Of a DNA stretch of 64,000 bases, positions 32,233 through 42,103 are shown piece after piece (position 1 is the first letter of the stretch; every line of letters begins with the position of its first letter). A program made the position numbers and the translations under genes. The stretch spans positions 28,142 through 92,141 of the forward strand of contig DLNM01000013.1 of the NCBI GenBank assembly GCA_002479485.1. The letters run 5' to 3'. The DNA comes from Firmicutes bacterium UBA7510. GTDB lineage: Bacteria > Bacillota > Clostridia > Tissierellales > Sedimentibacteraceae. The notes beneath the pieces were generated by a model, which worked only from the letters and a program-made list of their open reading frames with translations, did not search any database and was not told where the DNA came from.

Positions 32233-33858
32233 TTAAATTGATCCTTCAAAGCTTTGCATAAGTAAGTATAAGTTTTTATTAAATTCAGTATATAATTCAT
32301 TCATATCTTGCTCATCCAAATCCTCAAGATATATTATTTTTTTACTATCTACGGTTTCTATAGATTTTATCTTTGTGTTTGCAGCATATCCTGATAAGTC
32401 AAGCTTGATTATCTCATCATCAACAGATACAGTTAATCCAATGTTTTCATAATCAATTCTCTCGCTATTTTTATATGAACCTTCTGTATTAAATTTAACT
32501 TTAATATCTTCATATCCATTATTCATGTTACATGTCAAAGAATTTTCATATTTTTTATTATTTTTCAATACTTCTACAAAATCTAAAGATATAATTCCAT
32601 CTAGTTCAGAAATATTAATATCAATTGTTGTATTTCTACTTAAATCCTTACCATTACTTATATATGATAAGCTTCCTTCAATAGTGTCATAATTAGAGAT
32701 ACCAAATTTCAAACTAAAATCTATACCATGGTTATCTTTTTCATTAATATAGTCCATATCGTATTTAATTTTAAAAGTTTCTCCGTATGATGTCATGCTA
32801 AAGCTTGCACCTAAGCTTACCATAGTCTTTTTCTCTATTACAACACCTATAATTAAATCACCGATTTCAATTTCCTCAAGCATATAATCTATTTCATCTG
32901 GCAATGCTATAGCCATATTTTCAACCATATCAACATAATACTCTTTAGAATAATATCCTTCTGTCAAATACATAGATGTTGCATAATAATCTTTAAAATC
33001 TTCATTGTTTAGAAGCTCTGTTAAGAAATCTGTCATAAGCGATACAACATCTTCTCCATCTACTGTAGCTTTATATAGACTTTTATCAGCTTTATCTCTT
33101 TCAAACTCAGCTAAATCCATAAGTTTAACTGCATACTTTGAAGATAAATCAGCATAAATATCTTTTAATTTTGTTGAGGATTCAATTAATTCTGAAAAAG
33201 CATTAGCCATAGAGTTTAAATTGTCTAATTCATCATTTTCCTTAGTATCATCATTTGCTTCAATTTTAACACCTAAAATATCTTCAAATAGCTTTGGTGC
33301 TTCTAAAGCAATCTTATCTTTATCATAATAAAAGCTACCACCTACTATTTCATTTTTATCATTTAATAGAGCAAGATTAAAATTACCAGCTGTATTGTCT
33401 TTATTTGATTGCATTCTAAATTTCATACCATAGTCTTTAAGTATTGAAGCATCTATTGGCATTTCTCCAGCATTTATATCTTCAATATTTAAATATAATT
33501 CTTTTTGAGAATTACCACTTTTATTAGCAAATATTGATGTTAAAGTCGGTACATCACTAAATTTTTTGTTATCCTTTTTAAATGATTCAAAAGTATTAGA
33601 TATAGCTGATTTTACATAGCTAGTTGGTGATATAAACGCTAAAACTGCTGGAGTTATTAGAGCAATCACTAATAATACAGCTACAACTGCACCAATACCT
33701 ATAAATAATTTTTTATTTTTATATGGTAATTTTTTATTTATTTCAACTGTTTCTTCTTGTAAAAATTCTTCATTTTTAGTTCCACAGCTTGTACAAAATT
33801 TATTTGTGTTTTTCAATTCCTTACCGCACTGTGCACACAATATTTTATTATCTTCCAT
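32233..33858 (-). CDS. Zinc-ribbon membrane-anchored protein
   Basis: CAQCG..KFCTSCG, single TM, large acidic beta-rich external region. Confidence 0.8.
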   Translation of the reverse strand: MEDNKILCAQCGKELKNTNKFCTSCGTKNEEFLQEETVEINKKLPYKNKKLFIGIGAVVAVLLVIALITPAVLAFISPTSYVKSAISNTFESFKKDNKKFSDVPTLTSIFANKSGNSQKELYLNIEDINAGEMPIDASILKDYGMKFRMQSNKDNTAGNFNLALLNDKNEIVGGSFYYDKDKIALEAPKLFEDILGVKIEANDDTKENDELDNLNSMANAFSELIESSTKLKDIYADLSSKYAVKLMDLAEFERDKADKSLYKATVDGEDVVSLMTDFLTELLNNEDFKDYYATSMYLTEGYYSKEYYVDMVENMAIALPDEIDYMLEEIEIGDLIIGVVIEKKTMVSLGASFSMTSYGETFKIKYDMDYINEKDNHGIDFSLKFGISNYDTIEGSLSYISNGKDLSRNTTIDINISELDGIISLDFVEVLKNNKKYENSLTCNMNNGYEDIKVKFNTEGSYKNSERIDYENIGLTVSVDDEIIKLDLSGYAANTKIKSIETVDSKKIIYLEDLDEQDMNELYTEFNKNLYLLMQSFEGSI

Positions 33859-33878
33859 TTTATTTCTCCATTATATTA

Positions 33879-35918
33879 TTAATTTTCTATATTTATATTA
33901 CTAGTATCGATATATATCCAAGCATAATCATTATTTCCATCACTATCAATGTATTCAAGATTCAACCAAAAATTATAATCGTCTTCAACATAATAGCTAT
34001 GTACATAATATTCATCATCTTTAACTGTATTCCCTATAATTTCTGATTCAATGCTACGCTCGTTATACATAGGTAGAGATTCTGTTGCTGTATATCCATT
34101 ATAATAGTAATCTTCTAACACTTCATACACTGCATTAAATTTCATCTCTAGTTGCGCTTGTTCTAATTTTTCATTAAATTCATCATTAGTAATATTTTTT
34201 ACTTTGTATTGATAATATGAATCTATTTCATCATCATATATTTCTAATGATAATTCATCATTATTTTTATAAATAGAATAACTATACCCTTCATCATCTG
34301 TTAATGAAATAGATGTTTGTGTGCTTTCAACAACTGAAATTTCTCTTTTACTGCTGTAATCATCAAAGATTAATGTTATATCACCACTTGTGATTGCAAT
34401 AACAAAGGAATCATATGAATTACTATTGTTCTCACAACTATATATTCCTTCTATATCATCAATTGACAGTGATTTTTCATATAAATTAACATAATTACCT
34501 TTAACTATATTATATTCTTCAACATTATCGATGATTAATTTTGACTTTTCTTCTAATGAGTAAATATATAAATCAGATTCTTTGTCCATATAAATAAAAT
34601 AATCCAATGAGTTATTTTCAACATAGAAAAATTCTGAATTGTCACAAATTTCTTTACTAGAGCTTACAACCTTGCTCATATCATTTAAAGCATCATTTAC
34701 ATATAGCTTTGAGTTTTTATCTTGAAAAACAATTGCATTATATATGTATTCAATATTGCTAATATTATCTTGTATTTTCACTGCTTCCGCTAGCTCATAA
34801 GAGGTATAAAGCTCATTGTTTGAATTTATATAAGATACACTTTTACCATCATGAGATATTGTAAAATAACTGATATCTGTACCTATAAGAGTTTCTTTCA
34901 ATTCACCTAATTGCTTTTTTAAATCCTCTGACTTAGTTTTTGCTGTTATCTTAGGAAGATTATATCCGTATAAATTATTATTTTCATCTAAAACATATAA
35001 ATATTCGTTATTTGAGCTTAATTTATGTATGTAATTGTTTTTTGTTATACTTACTGGTTCATTAAATGGTGAAACAAACATTAAATTAGTCTCATCACTA
35101 TCATCGGCTACAAATATACATGAAAGACCATTATTGGAAAGCTGATAATCATCATATACATCTAATTTTTTAATAAAAGAAGCCTCTTGTGCACCAGACC
35201 ATTTAATATACAAACGATTGTTATAATTATTATAAGCAAATGCACTTCCATCTTGTGTTACAGTAAAAGAACTCACATTACCAGCTAGATTCTCTATTTT
35301 TCCTTCTGTATTAACTCTAGATAGTGTATCAAAACCATTTAGAAAATATAGAAACTCTCCATTATCAGTAAAGTATTTATAGCTGTTGCTAATATCATAC
35401 TTAGCTTTAGAATCAAATAACACGAGTGAATTTCCCTTTACATCAAGTAATATTTCTTGATAATTTGATTCATAGTTTTCTAGGAAATCATCATTCTCAT
35501 ATGTTTTATAGTATATAGAATTTTTAGACGATACATAAACCGAATCATAAGGAACATTCTTAGCTATCTTAGTAGCGTCCTGTCCATATTTTTTTAAATA
35601 AAGGTTATATTTAACATCAATATAAACAATATCATTGTTATTTAATAAAATATACTGGTTTTTATAAACATTGTCAGCTATTTTTTCCTTATCTTTATCA
35701 AATAACTTAATATACAGCTCACCTAATTCTTCATTATTAGGGTTGGACTTAAACATCAAAACTGCATTAGTGTTATGTAATGACTTATAATCTAACTGCA
35801 CTGATTCTTTATAAGAAACATTTTCTAATTCTTTAAATGTTGACTTAGAGTTATTGCTACATGAACTTAACAGAACTAGTGCAAGTATCAATAAGTATAA
35901 AATTGATTTTTTTTTCAT
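33879..35918 (-). CDS. Large lipoprotein (repeat/propeller-like, possible C-terminal SH3-like domain)
   Basis: Start MKKKSILYLL at 35918 (SD AGGAGAGG), lipobox LSSC. Confidence 0.75.
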   Translation of the reverse strand: MKKKSILYLLILALVLLSSCSNNSKSTFKELENVSYKESVQLDYKSLHNTNAVLMFKSNPNNEELGELYIKLFDKDKEKIADNVYKNQYILLNNNDIVYIDVKYNLYLKKYGQDATKIAKNVPYDSVYVSSKNSIYYKTYENDDFLENYESNYQEILLDVKGNSLVLFDSKAKYDISNSYKYFTDNGEFLYFLNGFDTLSRVNTEGKIENLAGNVSSFTVTQDGSAFAYNNYNNRLYIKWSGAQEASFIKKLDVYDDYQLSNNGLSCIFVADDSDETNLMFVSPFNEPVSITKNNYIHKLSSNNEYLYVLDENNNLYGYNLPKITAKTKSEDLKKQLGELKETLIGTDISYFTISHDGKSVSYINSNNELYTSYELAEAVKIQDNISNIEYIYNAIVFQDKNSKLYVNDALNDMSKVVSSSKEICDNSEFFYVENNSLDYFIYMDKESDLYIYSLEEKSKLIIDNVEEYNIVKGNYVNLYEKSLSIDDIEGIYSCENNSNSYDSFVIAITSGDITLIFDDYSSKREISVVESTQTSISLTDDEGYSYSIYKNNDELSLEIYDDEIDSYYQYKVKNITNDEFNEKLEQAQLEMKFNAVYEVLEDYYYNGYTATESLPMYNERSIESEIIGNTVKDDEYYVHSYYVEDDYNFWLNLEYIDSDGNNDYAWIYIDTSNINIEN

Positions 35919-36064
35919 TTTCCTCTCCTGAATGTTAATTTTACATAGATTATATAAATATAGTATATTAAAAATTTGCAGTAATTTCAACATATAAATA
36001 CTAAATATTACTTTATTCTACACATAAAAAGAACGTATATTATAATACGCTCTATATAAAATAT

Positions 36065-36577
36065 TTATCTAATGTTATTTTTAAGAAATTCATATGTAGT
36101 TATAGATTTACTATCAATTTCTATATTTTTTGATTTTAAGTATTCAAAAGTACTTTCTAACGATTTAATTATTGCCTTATCTATATTTGTATAAGCTAAT
36201 TCTCTTAATAACTCCACACCATCATATTTTCTATTTGGCTCAATTTTATCTGCTATATAAATTATTTTTTCTAGCATTGTCATATATTCTCTACCAGTAG
36301 TATGATATAATATAGCATTAATCACATGAGTATCATTAATTTCATACTTATTTGCTGCTATTTTACTACCATAAACAGCATGCTCTAAATTCCCAACATT
36401 TTGATTTAAAAGTTTTCCAGAATCATGCAAAAGCCCTGCTAGTTCTGCTTTTTCAGTTGAAATATTATAATATGATGCCAAATCTACAGCAGTATTCATA
36501 ACATTTATACTATGAATATATAATTTTTCACCAATTGATTTTTTCAAGTCTTCTTTTATATATTCAATACTTTTCAT
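36065..36577 (-). CDS. yqeK: Ap4A hydrolase YqeK (HD domain)
   Basis: HS..V, AGLLHD, HTTG, IYIADKIEP.R; follows nadD. Confidence 0.9.
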   Translation of the reverse strand: MKSIEYIKEDLKKSIGEKLYIHSINVMNTAVDLASYYNISTEKAELAGLLHDSGKLLNQNVGNLEHAVYGSKIAANKYEINDTHVINAILYHTTGREYMTMLEKIIYIADKIEPNRKYDGVELLRELAYTNIDKAIIKSLESTFEYLKSKNIEIDSKSITTYEFLKNNIR

Positions 36578-36609
36578 AAAGACCTCCCATGCTTTTTCAC
36601 GCTATGATC

Positions 36610-37218
36610 TTAGATTGTATATAATTTATTTTTTAGTATATAATCATTTACTTCATTAGGTACTAAATATCTAATAGTTTTTCCTTCTTTTACTCTCTCT
36701 CTTATTTGAGTTGAAGAAATATTAAGTTCTGGTCCATTAACTAAAAATATTTCTCCTCCAAATTTATCTGTAATTTCTTTAATTTTATCCGTTAATGTAT
36801 CGTCAGCAAAATTTGGTCTGTTAACCGATACAAATTTACATAAGGATAATAGTGTTTTAGGGTCTTTCCAACTTGGAAGCTCTAATATTGCGTCAGTTCC
36901 TGTTATAAAATAAAAGTCTATATCAGGATGAAGCGATGTTAATTTTTTCATTGTATCTACCGTATAACTAATATCTTGGTTTAAAACTTCAATATCAGTA
37001 ACAGTAAATTTATTATTATTAGCAACTGCTAGCTTAGTCATTGTATATCTATGAAAAGCATCTATGTTTAAATTATTTTTATGTGGTGGTGTACCTGTAG
37101 GCATAAAAATAATTTTATCTAAATTAAATAAATCCTTTACTTCATCTGCTATAAATAAATGAGCATAATGTATAGGATTAAAAGTTCCACCCATAATACC
37201 ATATTTTAAATTTGCCAT
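36610..37218 (-). CDS. nadD: Nicotinate-nucleotide adenylyltransferase
   Basis: GGTFNPIHYAH, PPHK, SYTVDT, ISST.IR. Confidence 0.97.
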   Translation of the reverse strand: MANLKYGIMGGTFNPIHYAHLFIADEVKDLFNLDKIIFMPTGTPPHKNNLNIDAFHRYTMTKLAVANNNKFTVTDIEVLNQDISYTVDTMKKLTSLHPDIDFYFITGTDAILELPSWKDPKTLLSLCKFVSVNRPNFADDTLTDKIKEITDKFGGEIFLVNGPELNISSTQIRERVKEGKTIRYLVPNEVNDYILKNKLYTI

Positions 37219-37320
37219 TAATTATCTCCTTGCAATTTTTCGTAATCCTAAATAATTACTGATTTTAGATTATATACCACAAATCTAAAATATACAATAC
37301 ATATTTGAAGCAAATAAGCA

Positions 37321-37368
37321 AAAATACACCCTAAATGAATATATAAATAAACATTTAGGGTGTATTTT
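37321..37368 (-). terminator. Terminator of the oadB/oadG-like unit
   Basis: AAAATACACCCTAAATG..CATTTAGGGTGTATTTT. Confidence 0.8.
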
Positions 37369-37431
37369 TATATGTCACATTTAATGTAATAATATTATTT
37401 TAATATTGTTAATAATATTATCTTAATATTG

Positions 37432-37557
37432 TTAATTATTAAATGCCTTATTCAATCCTAATATTAGTAAATATATTATAATAATTACTACAAATATTCC
37501 TACCATTCCATATAACATAATAGGTAGTGTATTTAAAAAAGCTTGTAACTGTATCAT
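37432..37557 (-). CDS. OadG-related small single-TM subunit (41 aa)
   Basis: SD AAGGAG; MIQLQAFLNTLPIMLYGMVGIFVVIIIIYLLILGLNKAFNN (GM..IF TM motif); starts 13 bp after the oadB-like stop. Confidence 0.85.
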   Translation of the reverse strand: MIQLQAFLNTLPIMLYGMVGIFVVIIIIYLLILGLNKAFNN

Positions 37558-37570
37558 AATTTACGCTCCT

Positions 37571-38701
37571 TTACAACATCCTAGATACTAGATTAATTAT
37601 TAAACCACCAGCTATTACAGATGCAATTTGTCCAGATACGTTAGCACCAACTGCATGCATTAATAAAAAGTTTTGTGGATCTTCTTTCAATCCCATTTTA
37701 TGTATAACTCTAGCTGACATTGGAAAAGCAGATATACCAGCTGCTCCAATCATTGGGTTTACTTTTTCTTTTAAGAATAAATTTAGTACCTTTGCAAATA
37801 AAACTCCACCAATTGTATCGAAAATAAATGCAACTAAACCTAAACCAAGTATCATAAATGTTGCTGGTGTTAAGAATAGATCAGCTCTCATTTTAGATGC
37901 AACTGTAATGCCTAGCAATAGTGTGATAAGATTTGCTAATTCCTTTTGTGCACTGCCAGAAAGATTATTTAAAACTCCACATTCACGTATTAAGTTACCG
38001 AACATTAAAAATGCAATAAGAGCAACTGATTTAGGTGAAATAAGACCAGCTATAATAGTAACAGCTATCGGGAATATTATTCTTGCTTTCTTTGATACAT
38101 TTTGTGGTTTATATGGCATCTTTATTAATCTTTCTTTTTTAGTAGTAACAAGTCTTATAACTGGTGGTTGGACTATTGGAACCAAGGCCATATAAGAATA
38201 CGCTGCTACTATTATAGCACCTATATAATTACTATTAAAATAGTTTGCTACGAATATAGATGTTGGTCCATCAGCTGCACCTATTATAGCAATTGATGCT
38301 GCGTCCTTTAATCCGAAACCAAATAATGCAGCTACACTTAATGTAAAGAATATACCAAATTGAGCTGCAGCTCCGAACAATAACATTTTTGGATTTGATA
38401 GTAATGGACCGAAGTCTATCATAGCTCCTATACCTATAAATAATAATAGCGGGAACATTTCATTAGCAATACCCATAGCAAATAACTCGTCGATTATACC
38501 GATTTCTGTTACGCCCTCAATAGTTTGAGTTATAGCTCCTGATAAAGGTAGATTTACTAGAATTGCTCCAAAACCCATTGGCAATAATAGAGTTGGTTCC
38601 ATATCTTTTGCAATTGCAAGATAAATTAGAACTATACCTATTATCCACATTATAACTTGTTGAATAGTTAAATTAGTTAAATTTCCAAATAATGCTTCCA
38701 T
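37571..38701 (-). CDS. oadB: Na+-translocating decarboxylase beta subunit (OadB/GcdB/MmdB family)
   Basis: EPTLLLPMGFG, GAMIDFGP, IIGAADGPT, AAYSYMAL, NPMIGAAGISAFPMSAR. Confidence 0.93.
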   Translation of the reverse strand: MEALFGNLTNLTIQQVIMWIIGIVLIYLAIAKDMEPTLLLPMGFGAILVNLPLSGAITQTIEGVTEIGIIDELFAMGIANEMFPLLLFIGIGAMIDFGPLLSNPKMLLFGAAAQFGIFFTLSVAALFGFGLKDAASIAIIGAADGPTSIFVANYFNSNYIGAIIVAAYSYMALVPIVQPPVIRLVTTKKERLIKMPYKPQNVSKKARIIFPIAVTIIAGLISPKSVALIAFLMFGNLIRECGVLNNLSGSAQKELANLITLLLGITVASKMRADLFLTPATFMILGLGLVAFIFDTIGGVLFAKVLNLFLKEKVNPMIGAAGISAFPMSARVIHKMGLKEDPQNFLLMHAVGANVSGQIASVIAGGLIINLVSRML

Positions 38702-38766
38702 TTCCTCTCCTAAATAAATAATTTTTGTTGGATCTTTGTCCTATTTTCATATGCTTGTACATAAAG

Positions 38767-38857
38767 CTAACCCATCATTTAAACCTTACAAACCCATAAA
38801 TTAAATGTCTTAAACTTCGTTTGAGGCTATGAGGTTTTTATAATTGGGATAAGTATA
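38767..38857. mobile_element. Short MITE-like element, copy 1
   Basis: Shares an identical 24-mer and a similar opposite end with 53899-53970 (inverted). Confidence 0.6.
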
Positions 38858-38938
38858 AGCATACTGAGAGTTTATTGATTTTTAATCGCAATTAATATCC
38901 GCTAATACTTATATATACAATATATAAGTATTATTATA

Positions 38939-38980
38939 CAAAAAAAGACCTCATTATAATAAAAATTACAATAAAAGTCT
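38939..38980 (-). terminator. Riboswitch expression-platform terminator
   Basis: AGACTTTTATTGTAAT..ATTATAATGAGGTCT followed by a T run; overlaps the 3' strand of aptamer P1. Confidence 0.8.
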
Positions 38981-39063
38981 GGCTTTTTAAATGCATGATA
39001 CGGATTTTATAATCGGATTGACGACATCATGCTACATTATTAAATGCAAGCTACTCCCTCTTA
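38972..39063 (-). ncRNA. yybP-ykoY (Mn2+-sensing) riboswitch aptamer
   Basis: AAGAGGGAGTAGC..GCATGATG-TCGTCAATCCG..CCG-TATCATGC..AGCCAGACTTTT matches the family hallmarks; promoter TTGATT-16-TATACT at 39098-39071. Confidence 0.88.
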
Positions 39064-39121
39064 CATCATTAGTATACAGTAAAATCATATAAAATCAAGA
39101 TTTTTTTTTAAAAACTCATTG

Positions 39122-39406
39122 TCAAGCGGTTGAATCAGTATGATTTTTATTAGAATTTACGCACTCAATAGCCTTTACAACTTCCATTATAATGTTTGTA
39201 TTATTTTGAAACTCACGTATAAAGTATTCACCATAAATTTCACCTTTTTTTCCAGTTACATAAAAAGGTTTAATATTATTAAGAGCTTTAGCCTTTATAT
39301 CGTTTCTACAACTTTCGCATCTGCAAACATGAGAATAGTCTTCATTGTTCATAAGAAGATCTGTAAGAATTTGATCTACTAATACTTCCATATAATTTTT
39401 TATCAA
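39122..39406 (-). CDS. ComFB family protein
   Basis: KNYME.LV, CRCESC..DI.A.ALN...PFYV, P/NH end motif. Confidence 0.85.
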   Translation of the reverse strand: MIKNYMEVLVDQILTDLLMNNEDYSHVCRCESCRNDIKAKALNNIKPFYVTGKKGEIYGEYFIREFQNNTNIIMEVVKAIECVNSNKNHTDSTA

Positions 39407-39407
39407 T

Positions 39408-40892
39408 TTAATCCCCCCCATTTAAAATATTATATTTTTCTTCTATATTTTTTTTAAAATTATTATTATACTCTCTTAAGTCTTTATAATTTTGTACTCT
39501 CTCATGCCTGTTATTACCCTTTAGAATCTTGCTAACAGCACCCATTCCACATGCTAATATGGTTTCTACTTCTTCTATAATTACTATATTATAAATACTC
39601 TCTTTGCCTTCTAAGGCATAGCCTACATTTTCCAAATTTCCTTTAATATTTTTTTGTCTGTACATATAGTATGGTTTATATCCATTCTTAGCACAAATTT
39701 CTTTTGTGATATGATACATTTTTTCTACTGTGTCAGTATCTTTTGATAATGTTTTAACAGCATTTAATAACTTAGAGCCTTTTTTATATGACAAGGCATG
39801 TACAGTAATATTATCTGGCTTTAAATCTATCACTTTTCTAACCGAATTTAATACAACCTCAGGTGTTTCATCTGGTAAACCTATAATTAAATCCATATTG
39901 ATAGAATCAAAACCAATATTTTTTGCTAAATAATATATTTTTTCTATGTCAGCAACGGTATGGTTACGAGAAATTCTTTTTAATGTGTTTTCATTCATTG
40001 TTTGAGGGTTAATACTAATTCTACCTACAAAATTATCCTTTAAGCATTTAAGCATTTCTTCATTTATTGTATCTGGACGACCAGCCTCAAAAGTTATTTC
40101 TTTTATATCATTTAAATTATAGTACTTTTTAATGACCATAAAAATATCATCTATATTTTTTGTACTTAAAACTGAAGGTGTTCCACCACCAAAGTAAATA
40201 GTATTAAGCTTTAATCTATTATTGATAGCTATTTTTATAGTTTCCTCTATTTCACATGTTAAGTTTTTTACATACTCATCTATGATGCTTTGATCATAGT
40301 TTGAAAATGAAACAAATGAACAATAAACACATCTTGAAGGGCAAAATGGTATATGAATGTACAGATTGTAATTACCATTATTTTCGTCCTCATCCATGTA
40401 CTTAATTTGCCTATCATATATGTCATTTAAAAGTTCTATTTTACTATCTGACACTTCATAGGTTTTTTTCAATATTAAATTAGCATGTTCTCTAGACATA
40501 CCATTTTTAAGGGCCATAGCTAATATTTTATTTGGACGTATTCCAGTTAAAAAGCCATATTCAGCTTTCTCATTGAAGTATATTGAAAAAGAATTATATA
40601 ATGATTTCTTAACAACTGTTTTTCTCAGTTTTTTTCCATCATTTTTCTCAAGCTCTATATCCTTACTGCTTACTGTAATATGATTAATTACTTTTCTATT
40701 TAAATACAACGTAGTTTTACATGAATAGTTATCTAATGATTCTATAATTTCCGATAAAACTATCAGATTAGAGCAATCAAAATTTATATTATTGTCATAA
40801 TAAATTTTAATTTCACTGTTTAAATCAAATATTTTAAAAATATTTCTTATCTCAAATTCATATTCGTGTCCTACTAAATAAAAACTTACCAT
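39408..40892 (-). CDS. hemZ: HemZ-type radical SAM protein
   Basis: LTGIRP.K, HIPFCPSRCVYCSF, GGGTP, EAGRPD, PYYMYRQK. Confidence 0.92.
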   Translation of the reverse strand: MVSFYLVGHEYEFEIRNIFKIFDLNSEIKIYYDNNINFDCSNLIVLSEIIESLDNYSCKTTLYLNRKVINHITVSSKDIELEKNDGKKLRKTVVKKSLYNSFSIYFNEKAEYGFLTGIRPNKILAMALKNGMSREHANLILKKTYEVSDSKIELLNDIYDRQIKYMDEDENNGNYNLYIHIPFCPSRCVYCSFVSFSNYDQSIIDEYVKNLTCEIEETIKIAINNRLKLNTIYFGGGTPSVLSTKNIDDIFMVIKKYYNLNDIKEITFEAGRPDTINEEMLKCLKDNFVGRISINPQTMNENTLKRISRNHTVADIEKIYYLAKNIGFDSINMDLIIGLPDETPEVVLNSVRKVIDLKPDNITVHALSYKKGSKLLNAVKTLSKDTDTVEKMYHITKEICAKNGYKPYYMYRQKNIKGNLENVGYALEGKESIYNIVIIEEVETILACGMGAVSKILKGNNRHERVQNYKDLREYNNNFKKNIEEKYNILNGGD

Positions 40893-40904
40893 ATCAGTTT
40901 CCTT

Positions 40905-41537
40905 TTATTTGTAGTATTTTCTTACAAACATATTTTCCTTTTTTTCTACTCCTATGCTTGTTGATGAGTTATGTCCAGGATATAGCTTCACTTCATCATC
41001 GTATATGAGTATTTTATTCACAATTGAGCTTATTATATTATCCATAGAACCACCTTCTAAATCAGTTCTTCCTATAGAATGATCAAATAAAGTATCACCA
41101 GTTAAAATTATATTTTCAACCTTAAAGCATACTCCACCTGGTGTATGTCCCGGTGTGTGTATAACTTCAATTTTCAACTCACCAAGTTCAATAATTTGTC
41201 CATCTTTTAAAAGATTATCATAATCTATAGATATAATTTTTCTAAACAAGTCATATGAATGATTAAGCTCTGGATTTTTTATAAATTCAGCATCTAATTC
41301 ATGTATATATACTGGTATATTATACTTATCCTTTAACTCCTTTACTGCACCTATATGATCAGAATGACCATGTGTTAATAAAACCATCTTTGGTTCAAGT
41401 CCTAAATCAATAATTTTTTCATCTATAACAGAAAAGCTTCCACCTGGATCTATTATTGCGCAAGCTCTTGTTTTTTCACAACCTATAATATAACAATTCA
41501 TTAAAAATGAAGTAACTTCTAATCTTTCAAAAATCAT
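40905..41537 (-). CDS. MBL-fold metallo-hydrolase (glyoxalase II-like)
   Basis: THGHSDHIG, TPGHTPG, GDTLF..SIGRTD, PGH. Confidence 0.92.
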   Translation of the reverse strand: MIFERLEVTSFLMNCYIIGCEKTRACAIIDPGGSFSVIDEKIIDLGLEPKMVLLTHGHSDHIGAVKELKDKYNIPVYIHELDAEFIKNPELNHSYDLFRKIISIDYDNLLKDGQIIELGELKIEVIHTPGHTPGGVCFKVENIILTGDTLFDHSIGRTDLEGGSMDNIISSIVNKILIYDDEVKLYPGHNSSTSIGVEKKENMFVRKYYK

Positions 41538-41547
41538 GTCAAACTCC

Positions 41548-41997
41548 TTAAAATAATTTAGTGCTATCTAACAATATAGTAACTGGTCCATCATTGCATA
41601 GTTCTACCTGCATATCTGAACCAAAAACACCTGATTGAGTGTTAATCTTTAAATCCTTACATCTTTTTATAAATTCTTCATAGTAAGGTATTGCTTTTTC
41701 TGGTCTAGCGGCACCAGTGAAGCTTGGTCGTCTTCCTCGTCTTGCATCACCCTGTAAAGTAAACTGAGAAACAACCAATATACTTCCATCAACATCAGAT
41801 AAAGATTTATTCATCTTACCTTCTTCATCTTCAAAAATCCTAAGTCCTATAGTTTTATCAAATATATAATCTAAATCAGTATCCTTATCTTCCTCTGCTA
41901 CACCTAATAAAATTAAAATTCCTTTATCTATTTGACCTACAATTTTATTATCAATTTTAACACTAGCGCATTTTACCCTTTGTATAACTGCTCTCAT
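41548..41997 (-). CDS. dtd: D-aminoacyl-tRNA deacylase
   Basis: MRAVIQRV, SQFTL, NDGPVT. Confidence 0.97.
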   Translation of the reverse strand: MRAVIQRVKCASVKIDNKIVGQIDKGILILLGVAEEDKDTDLDYIFDKTIGLRIFEDEEGKMNKSLSDVDGSILVVSQFTLQGDARRGRRPSFTGAARPEKAIPYYEEFIKRCKDLKINTQSGVFGSDMQVELCNDGPVTILLDSTKLF

Positions 41998-42008
41998 TTT
42001 AACCTCTC

Positions 42009-42101
42009 ATTATGCCATAGTCTCGCTATGCGAATCATTGAAGTGCCATCATAAACAAATCGCATGAGTGATATGTTTTTTTATTTCACTCTTTTCACTC
42101 T
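42009..42101 (-). repeat. Modular hairpin element, copy D (before the dtd SD)
   Basis: GAGTGAAAT..ATATCACTC, TTATGATGGCAC..CAATGATTCGC-ATA-GCGAGACTATGGCATAAT-GAGAGG. Confidence 0.8.
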
Positions 42102-42103
42102 TC

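Noticed and set aside
9656..37218. Separation of rsfS from nadD-yqeK, and absence of secDF between scfB and recJ
   Set aside because: Ordinary lineage-specific rearrangement; no mechanistic signal in the sequence.
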